Assembly (NCBI GenBank): GCA_963632935.1 | Contig: CAVGWA010000002.1 | Location: 5,197 to 69,196 of the forward strand | From: Oscillospiraceae bacterium | GTDB taxonomy: Bacteria; Bacillota_I; Bacilli_A; RF39; UBA660 | Length of the DNA stretch: 64,000 nt | Direction: 5' to 3' | Part shown: piece after piece, positions 18,012 through 26,411 of the stretch | Layout of the letters: each line of letters begins with the position of its first letter | How positions within the stretch are numbered: the stretch's first letter is position 1 | Notes under the pieces: model-generated | What the model saw: the letters and a program-made list of their open reading frames with translations, nothing else | Databases searched by the model: none | Told to the model about the DNA's origin: nothing | Made by a program: the position numbers and the translations under genes

Positions 18012-18506
18012 ATGAATACTGTTTATGAAAAAGTTATGAATTTTAAAAGAAGATATCCTACTACTATTGCATGGAGAGTAAAAAAACATTGTAAGGTAGT
18101 TGCGGAACATATAAATGATGATGAAGAGGTACTTTATGCTTTTGCGGCTCAAAAGTCACCAAATCTTTTTGGTTTTAATTCTACTTATGTCGTTGTTTTA
18201 ACTGATAAACGATTAATTTTAGCTCAAAAGAGGTTATTGTTTGGATATTTTTATTATACAATTACTCCTGATATGTTTAATGATTTAACTTTAAAAATGG
18301 GATTAATATGGGGAAAAGCTATTGTTGATACAGTTAAGGAAACGGTTTATTTAACTTGTCTTTCTAAAGGTGCTTTGAAGGAAATTGAAACGGTTTTATC
18401 TAAATATATGATGCAGGAAAAAAGACAATATGAAGCTGGAGTAAGTGAACAGGAAAATGAAATGATGAAGAGGGAGCTTCATGATATATCTAAAAACGGG
18501 GAGTAA
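18012..18506 (+). CDS. Bacterial PH-domain (YokE-like) protein
   Basis: 164 aa. The pattern EEVLYAFAAQK...YVVVLTDKRLILAQKR...ITPDMFNDL is typical of bPH/YokE-like domains. Confidence 0.45.
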   Translation: MNTVYEKVMNFKRRYPTTIAWRVKKHCKVVAEHINDDEEVLYAFAAQKSPNLFGFNSTYVVVLTDKRLILAQKRLLFGYFYYTITPDMFNDLTLKMGLIWGKAIVDTVKETVYLTCLSKGALKEIETVLSKYMMQEKRQYEAGVSEQENEMMKRELHDISKNGE

Positions 18507-18565
18507 CTCGTTTTTTCTTGATAAAAGATGTGATGTAATTTATAATTATTGTAGGAGGCAGTTTT

Positions 18566-19774
18566 ATGAAGTATTTATTTAAAACTTTGGCTATTTTTTT
18601 ATTTACTTTTTTAGTTTTAAAATTTTTGATTTTTTTCTTTAATACGGGTCATGAAATATCTTATTCTGTTGGTAATTTTAGTGTAGAAGAAAAATTAAGT
18701 GTTAAGGATAATGAATATTATTTTAATTTAACTCATGAAGATTTTAAGATGAGTTTTGATATTAATCAAAATTATAATAAGGATGATAAAGTTATTAGTA
18801 AAATTTTATATAAAAAAATTGATGGTTATTATTGTGTTTTGCCTGTTTTTAAAAATGGTAAAATTTTAATTGATGTTATGTGTTTAAAAGATAATATTAT
18901 TACTTATGCTCATGATATTAAGAATGATAATGTAAAAAAATATGTCAGGTCTTTAAAAAAATATGGGTATGATAGTAGTAAGTATTTAGATAAGGCAAGT
19001 CCTGTTAGTCTTTCTAATACGCAGATTTTATATGAAGATAATATATTGGAAAATAATTATGTTGCTTTGGAAAATTATAAAGGTTTAAATCTTTTTAATG
19101 GAAGACAAAGTAGTGTTAAGATATTTGATGATGATATTTATAAGAAACCTATTAGTTATTTTACTGGTAAATATTATATTGTGGCTGATTATACTGAAAA
19201 TTATACATTTAAGATATTTCATGTTGTTAATATAGTTAATGGTAGTAAGTTTGATATTAGAAGTTATGATGATATTTCCTTTGATTCTTATATAGAAGGT
19301 TCTGTTGATGATGATATTTATTTATTTGATAAGGATGCTAATGTGCAGTATAAAATTAGTTTGAAAAATGAATCTGTTGAAAAGTTTCATGATAAAGATA
19401 ATTTAAAAACTTATAATGGAAAATGGGAAGATATGAGTTTAAATGATGCTATAAATGGTAAGAAGTTTAATAATTATTATTCTAATGATATTAAGGATTT
19501 TGATAAGGTAGATAAGGTTGGTAATTATTATTATCTTTATAGAAAAAATGGCTCTTATTATGATGTTTATTATTGTAATAAGAATAATAAGAATATAATG
19601 ATATATTTATTTAAAACTTCAAATATAGATAGTGTTATTTATTTTGATGATGTTATTTATTATCAAAAAGATAATATGATTTATTATTATTCAAGTTATG
19701 GGGTAAGGAGAGTTTTGTCGTATTCCGAGTTTGAATTTAATAGTGATTTATCTTTTGGTGTATATAAAAAGTAA
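18566..19774 (+). CDS. Membrane-anchored hypothetical protein (Tyr/Asn/Asp-rich extracellular part)
   Basis: 402-aa ORF with RBS ggaggc and one N-terminal TM helix. No family recognised. Confidence 0.5.
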   Translation: MKYLFKTLAIFLFTFLVLKFLIFFFNTGHEISYSVGNFSVEEKLSVKDNEYYFNLTHEDFKMSFDINQNYNKDDKVISKILYKKIDGYYCVLPVFKNGKILIDVMCLKDNIITYAHDIKNDNVKKYVRSLKKYGYDSSKYLDKASPVSLSNTQILYEDNILENNYVALENYKGLNLFNGRQSSVKIFDDDIYKKPISYFTGKYYIVADYTENYTFKIFHVVNIVNGSKFDIRSYDDISFDSYIEGSVDDDIYLFDKDANVQYKISLKNESVEKFHDKDNLKTYNGKWEDMSLNDAINGKKFNNYYSNDIKDFDKVDKVGNYYYLYRKNGSYYDVYYCNKNNKNIMIYLFKTSNIDSVIYFDDVIYYQKDNMIYYYSSYGVRRVLSYSEFEFNSDLSFGVYKK

Positions 19775-19794
19775 GCTTATTTAGGCTTACTTTT
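19767..19794. terminator. Bidirectional terminator between convergent genes
   Basis: aaaagtaagc / gcttactttt stem, 8-nt loop. It overlaps both stop codons. Confidence 0.55.
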
Positions 19795-20439
19795 AGTATA
19801 TAGTGAAATGTTTGGAAATGCTTTAAGTATTCTTTTAAACCATAGTGATTTTTCCATTAGGACATTTTTAACTTTTTTTGATATTTCATCGGTATAGTCT
19901 TTATGAATCATTTCGGCTGATAATTTTAGTTTTTGAATGATGTTGCATGATAGGCAGAAGTCAATAATGACAATAATCATTAATATTATTATGATGATTG
20001 AAAGTGTAGTAAAATTTATTATTTTAATTTTATTTAGTAAGATGGGATTTAATATATTTACAACTAATAGGCCACCTATTCCAAAAAATGATGATGATAG
20101 AAGGCATACACGACCGTTGATGTTGAATGGTAGATGAGAATAATCCCACCAGCGAGCTTTAAATATTTTTTCCATTAGATAATTTACAATATATTCTAGG
20201 ATTGTTCCTATTAGGGCTGATAGGATTATAATATTTAATATTTTATCATCTGGTTTTAAAAATATTGTGATTAATACTGCCCCTGCTCCCCATATTGGTA
20301 CTATTGGACCTATTAGAAAGCCTCTATTTACGAATTTATGACTTTTGATTAATGCTTGTAAGACTTCGAATAACCAGCCAAAAAAGCCATAAAATAAAAA
20401 TAAAAAACATAGTGTTATTATTTGTTGAAGTATTGTCAT
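19777..20439 (-). CDS. Polytopic membrane protein, 'putative ABC-transporter type IV' (CmpB/PF06541-like), paralogue 1
   Basis: GFFGWLFEV...RGFLIGPIVPIWGAGAV...ARWWDYSHLPFNINGRVCL. A paralogue lies at 43884-44543. Confidence 0.55.
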   Translation of the reverse strand: MTILQQIITLCFLFLFYGFFGWLFEVLQALIKSHKFVNRGFLIGPIVPIWGAGAVLITIFLKPDDKILNIIILSALIGTILEYIVNYLMEKIFKARWWDYSHLPFNINGRVCLLSSSFFGIGGLLVVNILNPILLNKIKIINFTTLSIIIIILMIIVIIDFCLSCNIIQKLKLSAEMIHKDYTDEISKKVKNVLMEKSLWFKRILKAFPNISLYTKSKPK

Positions 20440-20545
20440 ATTTGCGCTCCTTTTATTTTATTGTACTCTATTTATTTTTTAATGTCTACCTTTAAAATTA
20501 TTATTTTTTCTGAGTTTGTAGTATAATTATTGTGGAGGAGATTTA

Positions 20546-21793
20546 ATGACGAAGTTAGGATTAGTTCTTTCAGGTGGTGGCTCTAAGGGGGCATATGAAG
20601 TTGGAGCTTGCATTGCTCTTAAAAAGTTACATAAGAAGGTAGATATTGTTACGGGCACTTCGATAGGTGCAATTAATGGTATGTTTATTGTTCAAAGGGA
20701 TTTGAGTGGGGCTTTAAGGCTTTGGAATAGTATAAGTTTTAAAAAGCTTTATGATGAAAATGAGTTTACTGTTTTAGAAGATGATAAATTGTCTAAAATT
20801 TATGCGGAGTATGCTAAAGGATTTATAAATGATGGTGGACTAGATATTTATAAGATGAAGGTTATTTTTGATAAGATGTTTAAGTCACAAAGATTTTTTT
20901 CATCTAATATAGATTATGGAATTGTTACGTATAATTTATCTAAATATAAACCTGTAATTAAAATGAAGAAAGATTTAACAAATGATAATTTGAAAGATTA
21001 TGTGCTTGCTTCAGCTTCTTGTTATCCCGCTTTTAGGCCTTATCCTATTGATGGTGATCTTTATATAGATGGTGGGTATTATGATAATATTCCTATTAAT
21101 TTAGCTATTGATATGGGCGCGGATGAAGTTATTGCTATTGATTTAAGAGCAGTGGGGTTTAAGAAAAATATTAAAGATAAAAGTGTTTTAGTAACATATA
21201 TTGCTCCTAGAAATAATATTGGTTCTTTTCTTGTTTTTGATAAAAATCAGGCTAGAAAGTCAATCAAGTTTGGTTATAATGATACTATGAAAACGTTTGG
21301 AAAATTGGATGGTAATCGGTTTACTTTTAAAAAGCATAATTTGGTAAGAAATTATAATAAGTATATTGATAAATTTGATGAAAATTTACATTCTATTTTT
21401 AGTAGTGATAATAAAATACTTAGTAAATTGTTTAGTATTGATGTTTTTAAAGAGATGATTAATGGTAAAACTTACTATAATAGTTTTAATGATATTGTGG
21501 AAAATGCAGGGAAGATATTTGGGTTTGAAGAATTTAATATATATAATATAAAAAGTTATAATAGAGGTTTATTATCTGCTTTATCTAATACTGAGGCTAT
21601 TAATGTTGAGGGTATTGTTAATAAGGTTAAGAATAAAGATATTAGTGGCTTAATTGATAAAGCTGGGATAGTTAAGTATTTTTATAATTCAATTGTTAAT
21701 AATAGTGTTGATTATAAATATATTCCTTTTCTAAGTCATGAATTTTTAGTTGCTTTATATTTGTACACTATAAGATCTCGTAATGTTTATTAA
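20546..21793 (+). CDS. Patatin-like phospholipase
   Basis: GLVLSGGGSKGAY (oxyanion hole), GTSIGA (GxSxG nucleophile), DGG (catalytic Asp). Confidence 0.85.
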   Translation: MTKLGLVLSGGGSKGAYEVGACIALKKLHKKVDIVTGTSIGAINGMFIVQRDLSGALRLWNSISFKKLYDENEFTVLEDDKLSKIYAEYAKGFINDGGLDIYKMKVIFDKMFKSQRFFSSNIDYGIVTYNLSKYKPVIKMKKDLTNDNLKDYVLASASCYPAFRPYPIDGDLYIDGGYYDNIPINLAIDMGADEVIAIDLRAVGFKKNIKDKSVLVTYIAPRNNIGSFLVFDKNQARKSIKFGYNDTMKTFGKLDGNRFTFKKHNLVRNYNKYIDKFDENLHSIFSSDNKILSKLFSIDVFKEMINGKTYYNSFNDIVENAGKIFGFEEFNIYNIKSYNRGLLSALSNTEAINVEGIVNKVKNKDISGLIDKAGIVKYFYNSIVNNSVDYKYIPFLSHEFLVALYLYTIRSRNVY

Positions 21794-21806
21794 GGAAGGT
21801 GATAAA

Positions 21807-22814
21807 ATGAAAAAAACGATTTTAACTGGTATAAGACCTACTGGTCATTTGCACATTGGACATTATTTTGGAGCTGTTAAAAATTGGACCGTTTTGCAAG
21901 ATAAATTTGATACTTATATTGAAATTGCTGATGTTCAGGCTTTGACTGATAATTTTAATAATCCTGATAAGGTAAGAAGAAGTGTTAGGGAATTAGTTTT
22001 AGATTTACTTTCTGTTGGAATTGATCCTGATAAGGCTACAATTTTTATTCAATCTTCAATTAGTGAAATTGCTGAGTTAACTGTATTTTATTCTAATTTA
22101 GTTACGATTGCTAGACTCCAAAGAAATCCTACAGTTAAGACTGAGATTAAGCAGAAAAAAGAACTTTTTGGTGAAGGTGGAGAAGGTATAACTTATGGTT
22201 TTTTAGGTTATCCTGTTAGCCAAGCTGCTGATATTACAGCGTTTAATGGTGAGCTTGTGCCTGTTGGTGAAGATCAATTACCACTTTTGGAACAGTGTAG
22301 GGAAATTGTTCATAAGTTTAATAGTATTTATGGTGAAACTTTGAAAGTTCCTGAGGCTTATTTAAGTGAATCATCTAGAATTAAAGGATTAGATGGTAAT
22401 GAGAAGATGGGTAAGAGTTTGGGTAATGCTATTTTTCTTGTTGATGATGATTTAACAATTAATAAAAAAATTATGTCTGCTATTACTGATCCTAATAAGA
22501 TTAAAATTGATGATCCTGCTAATCCTGATGTTTGTATGGTTTATTATTATCATAAGTTAATTGGAAATGATAATTTGTCAACAGTTTGTGAAGAGTGTAA
22601 AGCTGGAAGGCGTGGCTGCGTTGCTTGTAAAAAGGAACTTGTAAATAAGATGATTGAATTTTTAACACCTATTAGAGATAAGAGAAAATATTATGAATCT
22701 AATCCTGAAGAAGTTGATAATATATTAATTGAAGGTAACAAAGTCGCAAAAAAAGTTGCGGAAAATACTATGAAAAAAGTTAAAGAAAGTATGAAAATTA
22801 ATTATTTTGATTAG
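21807..22814 (+). CDS. trpS: Tryptophan--tRNA ligase
   Basis: GIRPTGHLHIGHY (HIGH region) and KMGKS (KMSKS). About 335 aa from the ATG at 21807, with RBS aaggaaggtga. Has a C-terminal Cys cluster. Confidence 0.85.
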   Translation: MKKTILTGIRPTGHLHIGHYFGAVKNWTVLQDKFDTYIEIADVQALTDNFNNPDKVRRSVRELVLDLLSVGIDPDKATIFIQSSISEIAELTVFYSNLVTIARLQRNPTVKTEIKQKKELFGEGGEGITYGFLGYPVSQAADITAFNGELVPVGEDQLPLLEQCREIVHKFNSIYGETLKVPEAYLSESSRIKGLDGNEKMGKSLGNAIFLVDDDLTINKKIMSAITDPNKIKIDDPANPDVCMVYYYHKLIGNDNLSTVCEECKAGRRGCVACKKELVNKMIEFLTPIRDKRKYYESNPEEVDNILIEGNKVAKKVAENTMKKVKESMKINYFD

Positions 22815-22823
22815 TTTTTTATG

Positions 22824-22854
22824 AAAAAAATGTCTCCATTTGGAGGCATTTTTC
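22824..22854. terminator. Bidirectional terminator (trpS / cotZ-like)
   Basis: aaaatgtctcc / ggaggcatttt stem (one G-U pair), 4-nt loop, with A- and T-runs on the two sides. Confidence 0.7.
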
Positions 22855-23282
22855 TATACTGCTTCTACATAAGTGTCGTTTAAACATTTTAAACAGCAAA
22901 CGCAATTAAGATTCATTGTGAAAAATGAGTTGGTTGCTACATAAGGATATGTGGCACCTGCTTCTGTATTTGCTGCTAGTACTCTGAAGGTTGCACAATT
23001 ACCATCTACTTTTTCTACACGAAATACGCTTGAACATGTTCCGCTTGTTGAACAGTCAATGTTATCTTTTGTTGTTGGCATTTTCCATGGTGATCCGTTT
23101 CCAGCACTTGTGTATAACATGACTGGCCTTGTATTTAGTCCTAATGTTGAAACAGTATTTCCTAAAAATCCACGATCGCATGTGTCTAGACAATTATCAG
23201 AACATTCAGCATTATCTTGCAATATGTTAATTACTGTTAGTATTTCTGAAATACATGAACTATCGTTAGAATTATTACACAT
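22854..23282 (-). CDS. CotY/CotZ-family cysteine-rich spore coat (crust/exosporium-type) protein
   Basis: The pattern C..EIL..I..LQ..AE...C...C, then ...VFRVEKVDGNCATFRVL... and ...NLNCVCCLKCLN parallels B. subtilis CotZ/CotY. The ATG at 23282 follows RBS ggggtgg. Confidence 0.7.
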   Translation of the reverse strand: MCNNSNDSSCISEILTVINILQDNAECSDNCLDTCDRGFLGNTVSTLGLNTRPVMLYTSAGNGSPWKMPTTKDNIDCSTSGTCSSVFRVEKVDGNCATFRVLAANTEAGATYPYVATNSFFTMNLNCVCCLKCLNDTYVEAV

Positions 23283-23402
23283 ATAATCCACCCCTTTTTT
23301 ATTTTCAATATAACATATTCATTTGTTTATGTTTTGTATATGCCAAAACCCAAATTTATGTATTTGTTTTTTTTTGAAACATAGGATTATATGAGGGATT
23401 AT

Positions 23403-24287
23403 ATGAGAAATGTTATTAATTATTATTATAATTTATACCCAAGTAGTATATATCATGTTCAAGGTGGATATTATTTTTTTATAAATAATGTAAGATATTA
23501 TTTTGTTAAATTTACTAATGATTTTAGTGATATAAAAAAAACATATGATTTTCATTTTGATTTGCTTAATCATAATATTTATGTTCATCCTATTATTTTG
23601 AATAACAAAAATCAAGTTTTAACTTTGGTTAATGGTCAGTATTATATTTTATTGATGACTATTTATTATGATAAAAAAATTGAAATAAAAGATGTTTTGT
23701 CTTTTTCTAATATATCATTTGGTGGTAATGATTTTAAAGATTGGGGAAAAATATGGGCTGTTAAAAATGATTATTTGGAATATCAATTAAATGTTATTGG
23801 TAAAAGTTACCCATTTTTAAGTGATAGTTTTAGTTATTTTTTGGGTATGGGTGAACTTGCTATTCAACTTTTTAATTCAATAGAAAAAAGTAGTGTTCCT
23901 TTAGTTTTGTGTCATAAGAGAATTAAGTTTTATGATTCTTTTTATGAATTTTATGATTCTTTTAATATTTTGTTTGATTATAAGGTGCGAGATGGGGCGG
24001 AATATTTAAAAAATAAATTTTTTAGTGGTTTTGATATTGAAGATGATCTTGCTTATTTTTTTAGTAATATAAAATTATCAAATTATGAATATTTGCTTTT
24101 TTTAATTAGAATGATTTATCCTACTTACTATTTTGATATGTTTGATGAGGTGATTAGTAATAATTTGCCAGAAGAATGTATTAATAAAATTGTTTCTAAA
24201 ATTGATAAATATGAGAGTATAATAAAAAAGATATACCAATATTTAAAAAGTTTTTTATTTGTTCCAACTATTGAATGGTTTGAATAG
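23403..24287 (+). CDS. Hypothetical protein, possibly a CotS/YutH-like spore-coat kinase-fold protein
   Basis: About 295 aa, Tyr/Phe-rich. It lies divergent from the cotZ-like gene and next to the nifU-like gene. Only a weak resemblance to the CotS/YutH family; the start could be 23391 or 23403. Confidence 0.3.
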   Translation: MRNVINYYYNLYPSSIYHVQGGYYFFINNVRYYFVKFTNDFSDIKKTYDFHFDLLNHNIYVHPIILNNKNQVLTLVNGQYYILLMTIYYDKKIEIKDVLSFSNISFGGNDFKDWGKIWAVKNDYLEYQLNVIGKSYPFLSDSFSYFLGMGELAIQLFNSIEKSSVPLVLCHKRIKFYDSFYEFYDSFNILFDYKVRDGAEYLKNKFFSGFDIEDDLAYFFSNIKLSNYEYLLFLIRMIYPTYYFDMFDEVISNNLPEECINKIVSKIDKYESIIKKIYQYLKSFLFVPTIEWFE

Positions 24288-24515
24288 TTATGATAAATTT
24301 ATGACTTCTTTAACATTTGGTATTTCTTCTTTTATTGCGGCTTCTACACCTTCTTTTAATGTTATGTCAATAAGCCCACATCCTGCACAAGCACCTAACA
24401 TTTTTATATAAACAATATTATTTTCATATTTTATGAATTTTATGTCACCACCATCATTAATTAAAAATGGTCTTAGTTTGTTGATTATGTTTATAATTTT
24501 TTCTTCATCTGTCAT
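24288..24515 (-). CDS. NifU-like (Nfu C-terminal domain) Fe-S cluster protein (YutI-like)
   Basis: 75 aa: RPFLINDGGDIKFIKYENNIVYIKMLGACAGCGLIDITLKEGVE, containing the CxxC motif. Confidence 0.85.
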   Translation of the reverse strand: MTDEEKIINIINKLRPFLINDGGDIKFIKYENNIVYIKMLGACAGCGLIDITLKEGVEAAIKEEIPNVKEVINLS

Positions 24516-24595
24516 ATTTATTTCCTTTCTTTTGTAATTACAGTTATATTATATAATAAAAATATATTTGAGTAAACTTATTATTTTACATTAAT

Positions 24596-24624
24596 TTGAC
24601 AACATAAATCTATTATGATAAAAT
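24596..24624 (+). promoter_or_regulatory. Sigma-A promoter
   Basis: TTGACA - 17 nt (containing TGa) - TAAAAT, 24 nt upstream of the 24648 start. Confidence 0.65.
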
Positions 24625-24647
24625 TTATTTGAAGGTAGGGAATGTAG

Positions 24648-25325
24648 ATGAATTCGACTTCTAAAGTAATTGGAATTGTAACATTTGGTGTTTTAATGTC
24701 ATTTGTTTTACCACATCTAATTAATATAAACAGTACTAGTGTTTTTAAAACAAGTAATACTGAAAATAAAGTCAGTAGTAATTCTTTAGTAGCTGTGACT
24801 GAAGATGCTGAAGATACTGCTGTTTCAGTGGAAACAGAAAAAGAAATTCAAGAAAATACTCAGCCTGTTGAACAGGAAACTCAGCAAACGGCTCAAATTC
24901 AGGAAGAAACTCAAGCACAACCAGTTGTTTATGATGGAATGACTATGGATGAACTTACTGAAAAATTAAATCGATCATTAAAATCAACTTTAGCAAATAC
25001 AGGTAATATATTTGCTAAGGATGCTGTAAATTTAGGGATAGATCCTTATTTAGCAGTTGCAATCGTCCTTCATGAAACAGGATGTAGTTATTCGTGTAGT
25101 AAACTTGTCAAAGAAAGTTATAATGTTGGTGGAATGAAATCAGATGGTTCATATTTAAAATTTAATTCTATTGAAGAAGGAATTCATAGTTTTATGAATA
25201 ATCTTAGTAAAAAATATGTATCATTAGGTTTAGATACAGCAGAAAAAATGAATAGTAAATATGCCGCATCAACAACATGGGCGATAAAAGTAAATAATTA
25301 TATTGAAAAAATAAAAAATGCATAA
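24648..25325 (+). CDS. Membrane-anchored glucosaminidase-domain (mannosyl-glycoprotein endo-beta-N-acetylglucosaminidase-like) protein
   Basis: N-terminal TM segment, a Glu/Gln/Thr-rich linker and a C-terminal domain with LAVAIVLHETG...YNVGGMK. Confidence 0.5.
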   Translation: MNSTSKVIGIVTFGVLMSFVLPHLININSTSVFKTSNTENKVSSNSLVAVTEDAEDTAVSVETEKEIQENTQPVEQETQQTAQIQEETQAQPVVYDGMTMDELTEKLNRSLKSTLANTGNIFAKDAVNLGIDPYLAVAIVLHETGCSYSCSKLVKESYNVGGMKSDGSYLKFNSIEEGIHSFMNNLSKKYVSLGLDTAEKMNSKYAASTTWAIKVNNYIEKIKNA

Positions 25326-25346
25326 AACACCAATTGGTGTTTTTTA
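25324..25346 (+). terminator. Rho-independent terminator
   Basis: aaaacacc / ggtgtttt stem, 4-nt loop (aatt), T-run. Confidence 0.7.
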
Positions 25347-25371
25347 TAAAAAAATTAAAGGGGTGCAGAAT

Positions 25372-26331
25372 ATGCAAAAAGGATGTCCAAAATGTGGAAG
25401 AATGATTGAACAAAATGAAAAAAACTGTCCTTATTGTGGTTATAATTTTGATGAATTAAATAGTTTTTTTAATCAAAAAAAAGAGACTAATTATGTTTTA
25501 AATGAAAAATATGCTGGATTCATAAAAAGATTAGTAGCTGGTCTTTTTGATCAAATAATAATTTTTTTACTTTATCTTCCAATAATATTTTTAATAAAAC
25601 AAAAAACAGTTCAAAATATAATATTGATGGCAATACTTTATATAATAATGTACATATTATATCATTCAATATGTGAAAGAACTTCTTGGCGAGGGTCTAT
25701 AGGTAAAAAAATTCTCGAAATAGAAGTAACAGATGAAAATGAAAATCCAGAAACTTTTCCCATAGCTTTGAAAAGGAATATTTACAAAATATTAAATGTG
25801 TTAACATTAGGTATAGGATTTTTAATAACTGCTGTTTCTAAAGAAAAACAAGCTTTGAACGATAAATTAGCTCATACCTATGTCATAAATAAATTAATAA
25901 TGAAAACAGAAGACAATCTTTCATATGCATCACCATTTAAAAGATTATTATCATTTTTTATAGATGGACTTGTAATTTATGTTTTATGTTATATTGTGAA
26001 TTTTATTTTTGCACAGGTATCAAATATGAAAGATATTCAAATACAATTTAACAATATTTTAAATAGTGCAAATTATATAATATGCCTAACACTAGTTTTT
26101 TTCTATTTTCCATTTGCAGAATCAACAAAAGGTGCAACTATAGGAAAAAGAATATGTCATTTAAAAATAACAAATTTAAATGGAGAAAAGATGAATTTTA
26201 TTAAATCATTTGTAAGGCAATATTTTTTTATTATAGACTATATTTGTCTTGGCTTTCTTTTAACGTTCGTAACGGAAAAAAGGCAAACATTAAATGATAA
26301 AATTATGAAAACAGTAGTAATAAATCGCTAA
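25372..26331 (+). CDS. Zinc-ribbon plus double RDD-domain membrane protein
   Basis: MQKGCPKCGRMIEQNEKNCPYCGYNF (zinc ribbon), then two RDD-type modules (FIKRLVAGLFDQIII... and FKRLLSFFIDGLVIY...). RBS aaagggg precedes the ATG at 25372, and a terminator lies inside the longer ORF-track reading. Confidence 0.7.
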   Translation: MQKGCPKCGRMIEQNEKNCPYCGYNFDELNSFFNQKKETNYVLNEKYAGFIKRLVAGLFDQIIIFLLYLPIIFLIKQKTVQNIILMAILYIIMYILYHSICERTSWRGSIGKKILEIEVTDENENPETFPIALKRNIYKILNVLTLGIGFLITAVSKEKQALNDKLAHTYVINKLIMKTEDNLSYASPFKRLLSFFIDGLVIYVLCYIVNFIFAQVSNMKDIQIQFNNILNSANYIICLTLVFFYFPFAESTKGATIGKRICHLKITNLNGEKMNFIKSFVRQYFFIIDYICLGFLLTFVTEKRQTLNDKIMKTVVINR

Positions 26332-26411
26332 AGCTTTTTAGCTTTTTTTCTTTTAAAATCAAAGAATATATGATAAAATGAATATGACCTATGCTAAAGG
26401 AGGCAGTTAAT

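Noticed and set aside
22951-23286. 111-aa ORF on the + strand opposite the cotZ-like gene
   Set aside because: The - strand product shows the specific CotY/CotZ cysteine pattern and has an RBS. The + strand ORF has neither a recognisable family nor an RBS.
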